Assembly (NCBI GenBank): GCA_027858455.1
Contig: JAQICQ010000027.1
Span: forward strand, 1-44,267
Origin: Elusimicrobiota bacterium
GTDB lineage: Bacteria; CG03; SLGR01; JAGXOG01
DNA: 44,267 nt
Reading direction: 5' to 3'
Shown: positions 35,518 through 44,267 of the stretch, piece after piece
Layout: each line of letters opens with the position of its first letter
Numbering within the stretch: position 1 is the first letter of the stretch
Position numbers and translations under genes: made by a program
Notes under the pieces: model-generated
What the model was told of the DNA's origin: nothing
Databases searched by the model: none
The model's input: only the letters and a program-made list of their open reading frames with translations

Positions 35518-36390
35518 ATGAATAAAAAAGATAATGCTATACTTTTAATATCGTGTCCGGACAGGCAGGGGCTTATAGCCGCTGTCTCTGAGTTTATACA
35601 TAGTAATAATGGCAACATTGAAGATGCCGACCAGCATGTAGACCGCAGAAGTAATGTTTTTTTTATGAGGATAGAATGGGAACTCAATAATTTTAATATA
35701 GACCGTAATCAGATAGAGAAAGAGTTTTTGCCCATAGCTGAAAAGTTCAATATGAAATGGACTTTAAGTTTCAGTAAAGATAAAATAAAAACAGCGATTT
35801 TTGTTTCAAAATATCTTCACTGTCTATACGATATTCTTTACAAATACCGAGAGGGACAGCTTCATTTAGATATTTCTCTCATAATTTCCAATCATTCCGA
35901 TGCGGCGGATATTGCAAAACAGTTTGGTATAAAATATGTAATAATTGAGAAAAACAAAGAAAATAAGATTAAGCAGGAAGAAAAAGAGATGGCCCTTTTA
36001 AAAAAACACGATATTGATACTGTTATACTTGCCCGGTATATGCAGATATTATCTAAAAAGTTTGTGGATAATTATAGGTTTAAAATTATTAATATACATC
36101 ATTCTTTCCTGCCCGCATTTGTCGGCGCTAAACCTTACGAACAGGCTTTTACCCGGGGAGTAAAGATTATCGGGGCTACCGGCCATTACGTTACCGAAGA
36201 GCTTGACCGCGGCCCTATAATAGAGCAGGATGTAACAAGGGTAAGCCACAGGGATTCTGTTGAAGATCTTAAAAGAATTGGTGAAGAGTTAGAGAAATTT
36301 GTGCTCAGCAGGGCGGTAAGATGGCATGCCGGAAAAAAGATCCTTGTTTACAAAACCTCGGAGGGCAACAAAACAGTTGTATTTGATTAA
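35518..36390 (+). CDS. purU: Formyltetrahydrofolate deformylase
   Basis: An N-terminal ACT domain (ILLISCPDRQGLIAAVS.FI) is followed by a formyltransferase core (LARYMQILS..F, INIHHSFLPAF.GA.PY.QA, ATGHYVT.ELD.GPIIEQDV). Confidence 0.9.
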   Translation: MNKKDNAILLISCPDRQGLIAAVSEFIHSNNGNIEDADQHVDRRSNVFFMRIEWELNNFNIDRNQIEKEFLPIAEKFNMKWTLSFSKDKIKTAIFVSKYLHCLYDILYKYREGQLHLDISLIISNHSDAADIAKQFGIKYVIIEKNKENKIKQEEKEMALLKKHDIDTVILARYMQILSKKFVDNYRFKIINIHHSFLPAFVGAKPYEQAFTRGVKIIGATGHYVTEELDRGPIIEQDVTRVSHRDSVEDLKRIGEELEKFVLSRAVRWHAGKKILVYKTSEGNKTVVFD

Positions 36391-36408
36391 GCAAAGTTAA
36401 GAGTATAG

Positions 36409-37686
36409 ATGAAAAGCGGAATTAAAATAAAAGCGCATAAAGATATTACGAGGTTTGAAAAGATAGGAAATATTCCTGTTCCTGATGAGGTTGCGCTCTG
36501 CACAAAACAGCACATCGGAAAACCCTCAGAAATTATAGTTAAAAGGGGGGATATGGTTAAAAAAGGACAGCTTGTAGCCAGAGCGGCTAAAGGCTGTTCG
36601 GCAAATCTCCATTCTTCCATAGCCGGTAAAGTAAAAGCCATATCAAACTTGCCTTCAATAAGCGGGGGAACTACAAAATCAATAATAGTTAAAAAAGAAG
36701 GTAGTCAGGATACCGATTTTATGGAACCTTTAAGTGAGATAAATGCAGCCGCGGTAAGAGAAAGGGTAAAAGAAGCCGGTATAATAGGAATGGGAGGCGC
36801 AGGTTTTCCCACCCATATAAAACTTAATCCTCCGGGGGAAATAGATATTTCTATACTTAACGGGTGTGAATGCGAACCATTTTTGACATCAGACGAAAGG
36901 ATGATGATAGAAAATGCCGAAGAAATAGTCGGGGGGTTTAGCTATATTATAAAAGCAACCGGAGCTGAAAAAGGAATTATAGGAATAGAAGACGATAAAC
37001 CTGACGCCGCCGCCGCAATGAAAAGAGCGGCCGGGAAAATGGCCGGGAAAAATATAGAAGTGGTGATTCTTCCTAAAGTTTATCCTCAGGGTTACGAAAA
37101 GATGTTAATAACTGCAATTACCGGCAGGGAGGTGCCTTCTGGCGGACTTCCGCACGATGTAGGCGTTTCTGTACATAATGTCAGGACAAGTAAAGCGGTT
37201 TTTGACGCAGTTGCCTCTGGTAGACCTTCAATAGATACTATAGTAACTGTTTCGGGTGAAAGTATAATAAATAAATCCAATATCAGGGTTCCTATTGGTA
37301 CTTCTGTTTCCAACCTTTTACAATACTATAATATTCAGTATTTAAGAGAAATATCACTGATATCCGGCGGGCCCATAATGGGGGAAGGGGTGGATTATTT
37401 AGATATGCCTGTAACAAAGACGACTACGGGCATATTGGCATTTAAATATAAAGTTGAAAACCAGATGAGATGTATAAGATGCGGAAAGTGTGTGGATGGC
37501 TGCCCCATGGGGCTTGTTCCACAGGAATTAAACAGGTTTTTTTCAGGCGGTGATTATGAAAAGATGGCGGATGCCGGGTTGGAAGAATGTATGGAGTGCG
37601 GCTGCTGCGCCTATATTTGTCCTTCAAAAATTCCGCTGGTTTATAATTTTATGGTAGCCAAGGCAGCCCGGTCAGGGGTGAAATAA
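36409..37686 (+). CDS. rnfC: Rnf complex subunit C
   Basis: Has QHIGKP....VK.GD.V.KGQ, GIIGMGGAGFPTH.KL and two 4Fe-4S motifs (CIRCGKCVDGCP, CMECGCCAYICPS). Confidence 0.9.
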   Translation: MKSGIKIKAHKDITRFEKIGNIPVPDEVALCTKQHIGKPSEIIVKRGDMVKKGQLVARAAKGCSANLHSSIAGKVKAISNLPSISGGTTKSIIVKKEGSQDTDFMEPLSEINAAAVRERVKEAGIIGMGGAGFPTHIKLNPPGEIDISILNGCECEPFLTSDERMMIENAEEIVGGFSYIIKATGAEKGIIGIEDDKPDAAAAMKRAAGKMAGKNIEVVILPKVYPQGYEKMLITAITGREVPSGGLPHDVGVSVHNVRTSKAVFDAVASGRPSIDTIVTVSGESIINKSNIRVPIGTSVSNLLQYYNIQYLREISLISGGPIMGEGVDYLDMPVTKTTTGILAFKYKVENQMRCIRCGKCVDGCPMGLVPQELNRFFSGGDYEKMADAGLEECMECGCCAYICPSKIPLVYNFMVAKAARSGVK

Positions 37687-37715
37687 GATAAAATATATAT
37701 TATGAGACAGTTAGC

Positions 37716-38231
37716 ATGAAAAATCTTACAATAAAAATGCTTTTAGTTCTTGGAGGGGTATCTGTTATATCAGCGGGATTTTTAGGTTATGTATATACGG
37801 CCACCTACGATCGCATAGAATTAAACAGGGAGAAAAGAGTAAAAGAAGCAATATACAAGGTTCTCCCGGAAATTGATGACTATGAAAAAATAAGCGCGGA
37901 ACCTGATATTTTCAAGGGCACCGGCGGTGGCGTTAAATCCGGTTACGCAGTGTTGGCCGGCGGGATGGGGTTTCAGGGTGAAATAACTATGATGGTTGGC
38001 GTAAATGAGGAAGTTAACCGGCTTATGGGAATAAGCGTACTTGAGTCGGTAGAAACTCCGGGACTGGGGGATAAAATAAAAGGAATTGATTTTCGAAAGC
38101 AATTCAGAGGAATGCCTATTCTCCGTCAGAAAGGTATTAAAGTCAATGCAATAACCGGCGCGACTATTTCGTCTGACGCGGTAGAAAAAATAATACAAAA
38201 GGCTATAAAAGATGTTAAAAGAATTCATTAA
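37716..38231 (+). CDS. rnfG: Rnf complex subunit G (FMN-binding)
   Basis: Has an N-terminal TM helix, ETPGLGDKI, and the flavinylation motif AITGATISS. Confidence 0.85.
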   Translation: MKNLTIKMLLVLGGVSVISAGFLGYVYTATYDRIELNREKRVKEAIYKVLPEIDDYEKISAEPDIFKGTGGGVKSGYAVLAGGMGFQGEITMMVGVNEEVNRLMGISVLESVETPGLGDKIKGIDFRKQFRGMPILRQKGIKVNAITGATISSDAVEKIIQKAIKDVKRIH

Positions 38232-38817
38232 GGGGCTTTGGAAAGATAATCCTGTCTTAAGGCAGCTTTTGGGTATGTGCCCGACCCTGGCGGTGACGAC
38301 TACCGCCTTAAACGGTATGGCGATGGGGCTGGCTACGACATTTGTGGTGGTAAGCGCGGGAATAGTGGTGTCTCTGTCCCGTAAATTAATACCCAAACAG
38401 GTTAGGATTCCGGTCTTTACCGTAATTATTGCTACTTTTGTTACAGTAGTTGATATGGTTTTAAAGGCCTATTTTCCTCAGTTGAGCAGCGCATTAGGAC
38501 CTTATGTCCCCCTTATTGTAGTTAACTGTTTAATACTTGGCCGTCAGGAAGCCTTTACTTCTAAAAATCCGATACATCTGGCAATAAGCGACACATTCGG
38601 TATGGGGCTGGGATTTACTTTTATCCTCATAGTTTTAGGCTCGGTAAGAGAGCTAATAGGCGCAGGGACCTGGTTTGGGACGGTAATCTTTCCGACGGGG
38701 CCGGCGGGATTTAAGCCGCTGGTTATTATGGTTCTTCCTGCCGGCGCTTTTATAACCCTGGGTTTGATAGCCGCGCTTTATAATTTAATAAATCTCAAAG
38801 TTAAAGGAGAAGTATAG
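38212..38817 (+). CDS. rnfE: Rnf complex subunit E
   Basis: Has LWKDNPVLRQLLGMCPTLAVTT and GPY.PLIVVNC.ILGR.EAF. Confidence 0.9.
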   Translation: MLKEFIKGLWKDNPVLRQLLGMCPTLAVTTTALNGMAMGLATTFVVVSAGIVVSLSRKLIPKQVRIPVFTVIIATFVTVVDMVLKAYFPQLSSALGPYVPLIVVNCLILGRQEAFTSKNPIHLAISDTFGMGLGFTFILIVLGSVRELIGAGTWFGTVIFPTGPAGFKPLVIMVLPAGAFITLGLIAALYNLINLKVKGEV

Positions 38818-38819
38818 AT

Positions 38820-39407
38820 ATGTCGCTTGCGGCTATATTTCTTTCTGCGGTACTTGTTAATAATTTTGTTCTTTATTATTTTTTAGGTATATGCCCGTTC
38901 CTGGGGGTTTCTTCAAAAATAGACTCAGCTCTCGGTATAGGGATGGCTACGACATTTGTTATGACAATGACGGTCTTTGTGACCTGGCCGCTTTATTATT
39001 ATATAATATCACCGGAGACAGGGTTCAATCTGCCTTTTTTGGAATATGTAGTATTTATACTTGTGATTGCCTCGCTTGTTCAGTTTGTAGAGATGTTTAT
39101 AAGAAAATTTTTCAGCCATCTTTATAAGGCCCTCGGTATTTACCTGCCGCTGATAACTACAAACTGCGCGATTCTCGGTATGGCTCTCTTTATGGTTCTC
39201 AGAGAATACAGTTATATAGAAAGTATGGTATTTGGATTCAGCGCGGGGGTGGGTTTTACTATGGTTATAACTATTATGGCCGGGATAAGAGAAGACATGA
39301 AATATGCGCCTATCCCGAAAATATTTAAAGGCGCTCCGGTTACTTTAATAACCGCCGGCCTTCTGGCCCTGGCTTTTATGGGATTTTCAGGTATTTTGTC
39401 ACCATAG
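38820..39407 (+). CDS. rnfA: Rnf complex subunit A
   Basis: Has NNFVL..FLGICPFLGVS and LGIYLPLITTNCAILG. Confidence 0.9.
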   Translation: MSLAAIFLSAVLVNNFVLYYFLGICPFLGVSSKIDSALGIGMATTFVMTMTVFVTWPLYYYIISPETGFNLPFLEYVVFILVIASLVQFVEMFIRKFFSHLYKALGIYLPLITTNCAILGMALFMVLREYSYIESMVFGFSAGVGFTMVITIMAGIREDMKYAPIPKIFKGAPVTLITAGLLALAFMGFSGILSP

Positions 39408-39419
39408 GAAGAGAGAAAG

Positions 39420-40226
39420 ATGATTATTAAAAGTATATTGATATTCGGAGCTATTGCCATTTTTGCAGGAATTATTCTGGCTCTTGCCTATCTTAAACTT
39501 AAAGTTAAGGATAATCCTGTAGTTGAAAAACTTGTTGATGTTTTACCGGGGCTTAACTGCGGAGCGTGCGGGTATGTTTCCTGTCATGAATACGCGGCAG
39601 CTATGTCGGAAACTATGTCGGAAGAAAGAGCAGAATTAAATCTTTGCCGTCCCGGAGGTGAAAATATTGTAAATCAAATCTCTGATATTTTAGGTGTTGA
39701 ATCGGAGGGGGATTCTAAAAAAGTCAAGGCGGTGGTAAGGTGTGGCGTAAAAGACAGAAAGAAAAGCGCCATTTACGAGGGACCCGTGGATTGCACCTCC
39801 ATGAATTTAATAGGGGGAGGGATGGCCTGCAGATACGGTTGTCTTGGCTGCGGCGACTGCGCGCGGGCCTGTCTGTTTGACGCAATTACGCTTAATGAAA
39901 ATAATCTGCCGGTTGTAAACTATGGCAGATGTACCGGTTGCGGACTTTGTGTTGATTCTTGTCCCCGTGATATTATTACTCTTAAAGAACCTGATAATGA
40001 TGAGATAATTTATGTTGCTTGTATGTCTGTGCAATCAGCGAAAGACACAAAAACTATTTGCGGCGATGGCTGTATCGGATGTAAGATTTGCGAACGCAAG
40101 GCTCCGGAAGGAATGTTTAGCGTAAAAGAAGATTTAGCCTCGGTTAAAAATCAGGCAGGTGAAGTAGATATAGAAAGTATTAAATGCCCCCCGGATTGTA
40201 TAGATGTCCTCAAAAGAAACAGTTAA
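39420..40226 (+). CDS. rnfB: Rnf complex subunit B (polyferredoxin)
   Basis: Has an N-terminal TM helix, LPGLNCGACGY.SC..YA.A, and several CxxCxxCxxxCP ferredoxin motifs. Confidence 0.9.
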   Translation: MIIKSILIFGAIAIFAGIILALAYLKLKVKDNPVVEKLVDVLPGLNCGACGYVSCHEYAAAMSETMSEERAELNLCRPGGENIVNQISDILGVESEGDSKKVKAVVRCGVKDRKKSAIYEGPVDCTSMNLIGGGMACRYGCLGCGDCARACLFDAITLNENNLPVVNYGRCTGCGLCVDSCPRDIITLKEPDNDEIIYVACMSVQSAKDTKTICGDGCIGCKICERKAPEGMFSVKEDLASVKNQAGEVDIESIKCPPDCIDVLKRNS

Positions 40227-40620
40227 AATAAGAGGCCGTATAACGGACATATCACATTTATCAATAAAAGTTACAATTAACAATGCATCCGAATGCAGTG
40301 ATTGTAATATATGTTCCGGCCCCGGCGGCCGCAGCGTAACTGTTCCGTACAGTAAAGGGTTCAATGAGAAAGAGTTCAATGAGGGAGAAAATGTTTCAGT
40401 TAATATTCCCTGTTCCCTGCTTAGCGGAATTTCTTTTCTTATATATTTCATACCGGCTCTGTTTTTGCTGGCCGGTTTTATAGCAGGATATACCGCCGGA
40501 GGGAATCTAACAGCCGTGATTAGCGCTCTTTGCTCTCTTGCGATAAGCTACATAATTGTGAAAGTTATTACTTTTAACAGACTTAAAAATTTTATAGATA
40601 TTACTCATGTCGAAAGTTAA
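40204..40620 (+). CDS. RseC/MucC-family (SoxR-reducing system) membrane protein
   Basis: An N-terminal beta-rich segment with C..C..C is followed by two TM helices. The size and layout are typical of RseC, and the gene overlaps rnfB by 23 nt. Confidence 0.65.
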   Translation: MSSKETVKIRGRITDISHLSIKVTINNASECSDCNICSGPGGRSVTVPYSKGFNEKEFNEGENVSVNIPCSLLSGISFLIYFIPALFLLAGFIAGYTAGGNLTAVISALCSLAISYIIVKVITFNRLKNFIDITHVES

Positions 40621-41521
40621 ATACAGGTATAGAAAATTTTCTGATTATTTAAAAGACAGATACGGATGCAGGGTATATAAGGTAGGAGTAAATGCCGGAT
40701 TCAGCTGCCCTAACCGTGACGGTAAAAAATCATCCGGCGGGTGCATATACTGCAACAACAAGACTTTCGGACGGCAGGATAAACCGGTAAGAGAACAGAT
40801 AGAGGATGGGATAAATTTTACCCGGAAAAGATGTAGCGCTGAAAAACATATCATATATTTTCAATCCTTTACCAATACCTATGCGACGCCGGGCAAGTTA
40901 GAAAAACTGTATAACATTATAAGAGAATATAGCAGCGTTGTCGGTTTGTCAATAGGGACCCGACCTGATTGTATAGACAATGAAAAGCTTGATATTGTAG
41001 AGAAATTTTGCGAAGATTATGAGGTGTGGATGGAATACGGCCTTCAGAGTATAAATGACCGCACTTTAAATTTTATAAACAGGGGGCATTCTTACGGTGA
41101 TTTTTTAAATGCGGTAAAACTCACCCGAAAGCGGAAGGATATAAAAATCTCCCCACATGTTATTATAGGACTGCCGGGGGAAACCGGCAGTGATTTTAAA
41201 AAGACCGCCCGTGAAATGGGGAGGCTTAAAGTAGACGGGATAAAGATACATCCCCAGCATGTGGTAAAAGATACGCTTCTTGAGGAGCTCTATAAAAACG
41301 GTGATTACAACCCACCCGGTTTTAAGGATTATACATCAGCCGCAGCGGATTTTTTAGAGTATCTATGGCCGGATACGGTTATACAGAGAATTACCGCGAC
41401 CTGCCCGACGGATATGCTTTTAGCCCCGGAGTGGTTAAATAATACCGGAAGCGTAATTAAGGATGTAAATGAGCAGTTAGCGGAAAGGAAGAGCCGTCAG
41501 GGGCGATTATTTTCAATATAA
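40607..41521 (+). CDS. TIGR01212-family radical SAM protein (YhcC-like)
   Basis: Has V.AGFSCPNRDGKKSSGGCIYCNN, YFQ.FTNTYA and GT.RPDC. Confidence 0.85.
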   Translation: MSKVKYRYRKFSDYLKDRYGCRVYKVGVNAGFSCPNRDGKKSSGGCIYCNNKTFGRQDKPVREQIEDGINFTRKRCSAEKHIIYFQSFTNTYATPGKLEKLYNIIREYSSVVGLSIGTRPDCIDNEKLDIVEKFCEDYEVWMEYGLQSINDRTLNFINRGHSYGDFLNAVKLTRKRKDIKISPHVIIGLPGETGSDFKKTAREMGRLKVDGIKIHPQHVVKDTLLEELYKNGDYNPPGFKDYTSAAADFLEYLWPDTVIQRITATCPTDMLLAPEWLNNTGSVIKDVNEQLAERKSRQGRLFSI

Positions 41522-41542
41522 TAATTTTCGAAAAAAATAACA

Positions 41543-43411
41543 ATGACAATAAAAAAATATGATATTATAGTTGTAGGGGCGGGACATGCGGGAACCGAGG
41601 CCGCATATATTGCAGCTGTCATGGGGGTATCAACTCTTCTTGTGACAATGGACAGGGATAATCCCGGGTTTATGTCATGTAATCCGGCAATAGGGGGAGT
41701 GGGCAAAGGCCAGCTGGTGAAAGAGATAGACGCTCTCGGCGGGATTATGGCCCGCGCAGCCGATGAGGGAGGAATAGAGTTTAAAAAGCTCAATACTTCA
41801 AAAGGGGCCGCTGTTCATTCTTCCCGCGCTCAAGAAGACCGGGATCTGTATAAAAAATATATTCAAAAAGAATTAGAAGAAAAAACAAATAATCTAAACA
41901 TAAAAGAAGCTGAAGTAAGCGGGCTTTTAAAGAAAGAAGGCGCTGTTGCGGGAGTAAATCTGGCCGACGGCGCCAAGATTGAGGCCGGAAAGGTTATTTT
42001 GACCCCGGGAACTTTTTTAAACGGAATGTTGCATATCGGATTAAAAAGTTTTCAGGGCGGACGCGTCGGGGAAAAGAGTTCCTGCGCGCTGGCAGAAGAT
42101 TTAAGAAAACTTGGGCTTGATATGATGAGATTTAAAACCGGAACCTGCCCCCGCCTTAAAGGAGATACAATTGATTTTAAGCAAATGGCCGTTGAAGAGG
42201 GAGACAGGCAGCCGGAACCGTTTTCTCTGAGGACGGATAAAAAACTTAAAAATCGGGTAAAATGTTTTACAACTTATACAAATAAAAAGACTCATCGGAT
42301 TATACGGGACGGGTTTAGCCAGTCTCCGCTTGTAACCGGCAAGATAGAGGGAACAGGTGTAAGATACTGTCCCTCTATTGAAGATAAACTTATAAGGTTT
42401 TCTTCAATAGAAAAGCATAGAATAGTCCTTGAGCCGGAAAGTTTAAAAAAAGACCTATATTATCCCAACGGAGTTTCAACGAGCCTTCCCGAAAAAATAC
42501 AGGAAAAGTTTATTCATTCTATCCGGGGGCTTGAAAAAGCCCGGATAGTAAAGTACGGCTACGGCATAGAGCACGATATTGTTTCCCCTCTTGAATTGAA
42601 ACCGACGCTTGAGACAAAGAAAGTAAATAATTTATACCTTGCCGGTCAGATAAACGGGACCACGGGCTATGAAGAAGCCGCCGCGCAGGGGTTGTTGGCG
42701 GGTATAAACGCAGCCGCCTCAATCAGGGGAATGGAGCCGTTAATTTTAAAAAGGCATGAGGCCTATATAGGTGTGCTCATAGATGATCTGGTAACAAAAG
42801 GAACTTTAGAACCATACAGAATGTTTACTTCCCGGGCCGAGTACAGGCTCATGATCAGAGAAGACAATGCCCATACGCGGCTTATAGAAAAGGCAAGAGA
42901 TTACGGTACTGTTGACGATGAGTTTTACCATAAAATAAATAAAATTAAGGAAGGGGTTAAAAAAGCCGTGCGGATAGTTAAAAAAACGGTAGTTTTAGAG
43001 GGCTCGCCTGCCGGGCGAAAACTTAAGTTAACTAAACCAACGGCTGCCGGGAAACTCTTTAAAAATCCTCGCGTTGACAGTGATATATTAATAGATAATA
43101 TTAAAGAGTTAAGAGGGTGTTCTCCGGAAATTTTTTTTCCGGAAATACTGAAAAGGCTTAAAATAGAGTTAAAATATGAGGGATACATAAAGAAGCAGAC
43201 AAAAAATATTATGGAGCTTTCCGATATGGAAAAGGTGAAACTGTCCGACGGCATTGATTATAGGAAGATAAACAGCCTTTCAAACGAGGAAACCGAAAAA
43301 CTAAATAAAGTCAGGCCGGAAAATCTTGCCCGAGCCTCGCGCATATCCGGAATAACCCCGGCGGCGATTGCCACTATAATGGTTTATCTTAAAGGGAGAA
43401 AAGAAAAATGA
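41543..43411 (+). CDS. mnmG: tRNA uridine 5-carboxymethylaminomethyl modification enzyme MnmG
   Basis: Has YD.IVVGAGHAGTEAA, MSCNPAIGG.GKG.LV.EIDALGG, GPRYCPSIEDK-like GVRYCPSIEDK, and AGQINGTTGYEEAAAQG. Confidence 0.95.
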   Translation: MTIKKYDIIVVGAGHAGTEAAYIAAVMGVSTLLVTMDRDNPGFMSCNPAIGGVGKGQLVKEIDALGGIMARAADEGGIEFKKLNTSKGAAVHSSRAQEDRDLYKKYIQKELEEKTNNLNIKEAEVSGLLKKEGAVAGVNLADGAKIEAGKVILTPGTFLNGMLHIGLKSFQGGRVGEKSSCALAEDLRKLGLDMMRFKTGTCPRLKGDTIDFKQMAVEEGDRQPEPFSLRTDKKLKNRVKCFTTYTNKKTHRIIRDGFSQSPLVTGKIEGTGVRYCPSIEDKLIRFSSIEKHRIVLEPESLKKDLYYPNGVSTSLPEKIQEKFIHSIRGLEKARIVKYGYGIEHDIVSPLELKPTLETKKVNNLYLAGQINGTTGYEEAAAQGLLAGINAAASIRGMEPLILKRHEAYIGVLIDDLVTKGTLEPYRMFTSRAEYRLMIREDNAHTRLIEKARDYGTVDDEFYHKINKIKEGVKKAVRIVKKTVVLEGSPAGRKLKLTKPTAAGKLFKNPRVDSDILIDNIKELRGCSPEIFFPEILKRLKIELKYEGYIKKQTKNIMELSDMEKVKLSDGIDYRKINSLSNEETEKLNKVRPENLARASRISGITPAAIATIMVYLKGRKEK

Positions 43412-43791
43412 AGAAGAAAGAAGAAAAGAAAGAAGAAAAGAAAGAGGAAGAAGTCCGGGAGTTTGTAAGGGTGCAGTATAATGTTCCTGTTATTGTAGAG
43501 ACAGCGGATATGGCTCTCTCTGAATTAGATGGATATATCCAGGATATAAGCGCGCAGGGAGTTATGTTTGAAATTGCCGAAAAGCTTTATCCGGGTTTGC
43601 TGGTGAGGCTTCAGCTAAAAATGAAAAGCGATCTTGCTCCTTTAGTAGGAAATGTTCAGTGGGTTCGCCCGGCCGGAGATAAATATCAGGTGGGGCTTAA
43701 GCTTGACGAAACTGTCGCCGAACAGAACGACAGAGTTATAGACAGGATTACGGAAGAAATCATAGATGAGATCCGGAAAGATAAAAAATAG
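43408..43791 (+). CDS. PilZ-domain (c-di-GMP-binding type) protein
   Basis: Has RxxxR (REFVR) followed ~25 aa later by D.S..G (DISAQG). The N-terminus is K/E-rich. The start overlaps the mnmG stop (ATGA). Confidence 0.7.
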   Translation: MKKKEEKKEEKKEEEVREFVRVQYNVPVIVETADMALSELDGYIQDISAQGVMFEIAEKLYPGLLVRLQLKMKSDLAPLVGNVQWVRPAGDKYQVGLKLDETVAEQNDRVIDRITEEIIDEIRKDKK

Positions 43792-44267
43792 ATTAAATAT
43801 AGTAGATATAATATTTATCGTCTATATGTCCCTTACAGGGATAATACTTCTCTTTTTTAACAGAGGCATAAGATATCCTTATTTATATACCATAGCGCAT
43901 CTGCTGATTGTATTTACAGTTTTTAAATTAATTCCCATTCTTGAAGACAGTACAAATAAATTTTTAAATTTTCTAAGGTGGTGGTATCCTATATTGTTTT
44001 TTACTTTTAATTACAGGGAAGCCGATAGGTTCACCGGGATAATAGCAAAGGGGTGGTATGACAGTTTAATTTTTAATTTTGAATACAGATTATTCGGAGT
44101 ACATCCGACCCTTTGGGTGGAGCGGTTTATTTCCCCTGCGCTTACCGAAATAATGAAGTTTAATTATTTTACTTATTATCTTATGATACCGGTGGCGGCC
44201 GCGGCGCTTTACTTTTTTAATAAAAGAAAAAACTATATAAGGTTTCTGACGGCGGTATGCATAGCGT
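43766..44267 (+). CDS. Integral membrane protein, possibly PAP2_3/inositolphosphotransferase-like (3' end outside window)
   Basis: This ORF is not in the supplied track because it runs off the window. ATG 43766 is in a frame open to the end. The hydrophobic helices and WYDSLIFNFEYRLFGVHPTLW resemble the PAP2_3 N-terminal region. The family call is tentative. Confidence 0.4.
   Translation, partial: MRSGKIKNRLNIVDIIFIVYMSLTGIILLFFNRGIRYPYLYTIAHLLIVFTVFKLIPILEDSTNKFLNFLRWWYPILFFTFNYREADRFTGIIAKGWYDSLIFNFEYRLFGVHPTLWVERFISPALTEIMKFNYFTYYLMIPVAAAALYFFNKRKNYIRFLTAVCIA

Noticed and set aside
37687-37715. Hidden or degraded rnfD between rnfC and rnfG
   Set aside because: The gap is only 30 bp. RnfC and RnfG are each of normal length with normal termini, so no fused or frameshifted RnfD can be present here.
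37821-38396. 191-aa ORF antisense to rnfG/rnfE
   Set aside because: It fully overlaps two well-supported rnf genes. The product is low-complexity with no recognisable motif. Long antisense frames like this are common opposite genuine coding regions.
1-44267. Defence island, prophage, transposon or other mobile element
   Set aside because: I recognised no integrase, transposase, recombinase, toxin-antitoxin, restriction-modification, cas or phage structural motifs in any of the six frames. Composition and gene density are uniform across the window.

Overview
This is a dense bacterial chromosomal segment of roughly 40% GC. It holds about 58 coding genes, all but one on the + strand, many with 4-30 nt start/stop overlaps suggesting translational coupling, and two tRNAs. 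Most of the content is housekeeping. Recognisable blocks include tilS-hpt-ftsH-folE-folP-cdaA, pdxJ-acpS-nnr, tsaE-tsaB-rimI, hisG, gltX, glmU(N-domain)-prs-rplY-pth, hppA, ychF, purU, an rnf cluster and mnmG. No phage, transposase, CRISPR or known defence genes were recognised. Four things stand out. (1) One 310-aa protein carries three tandem BMC (microcompartment shell) domains. It is translationally coupled to a radical-SAM/wHTH protein and YggS, and no other shell or cargo gene lies in the 44 kb. (2) An 800-bp non-coding island (9621-10425) holds a mosaic multi-hairpin repeat on both sides of a tRNA(CAT), and the upstream copy is expanded by three insertions. (3) The rnf operon has the order C-G-E-A-B-rseC, with no rnfD and no room for one. 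(4) Several domain-architecture oddities occur: RimI with a 250-aa coiled-coil extension, an APC permease fused to EIIA, GlmU without its acetyltransferase half, and a possible vestigial CdaR micro-ORF. All family calls come from motif recognition by eye. No database search was run.
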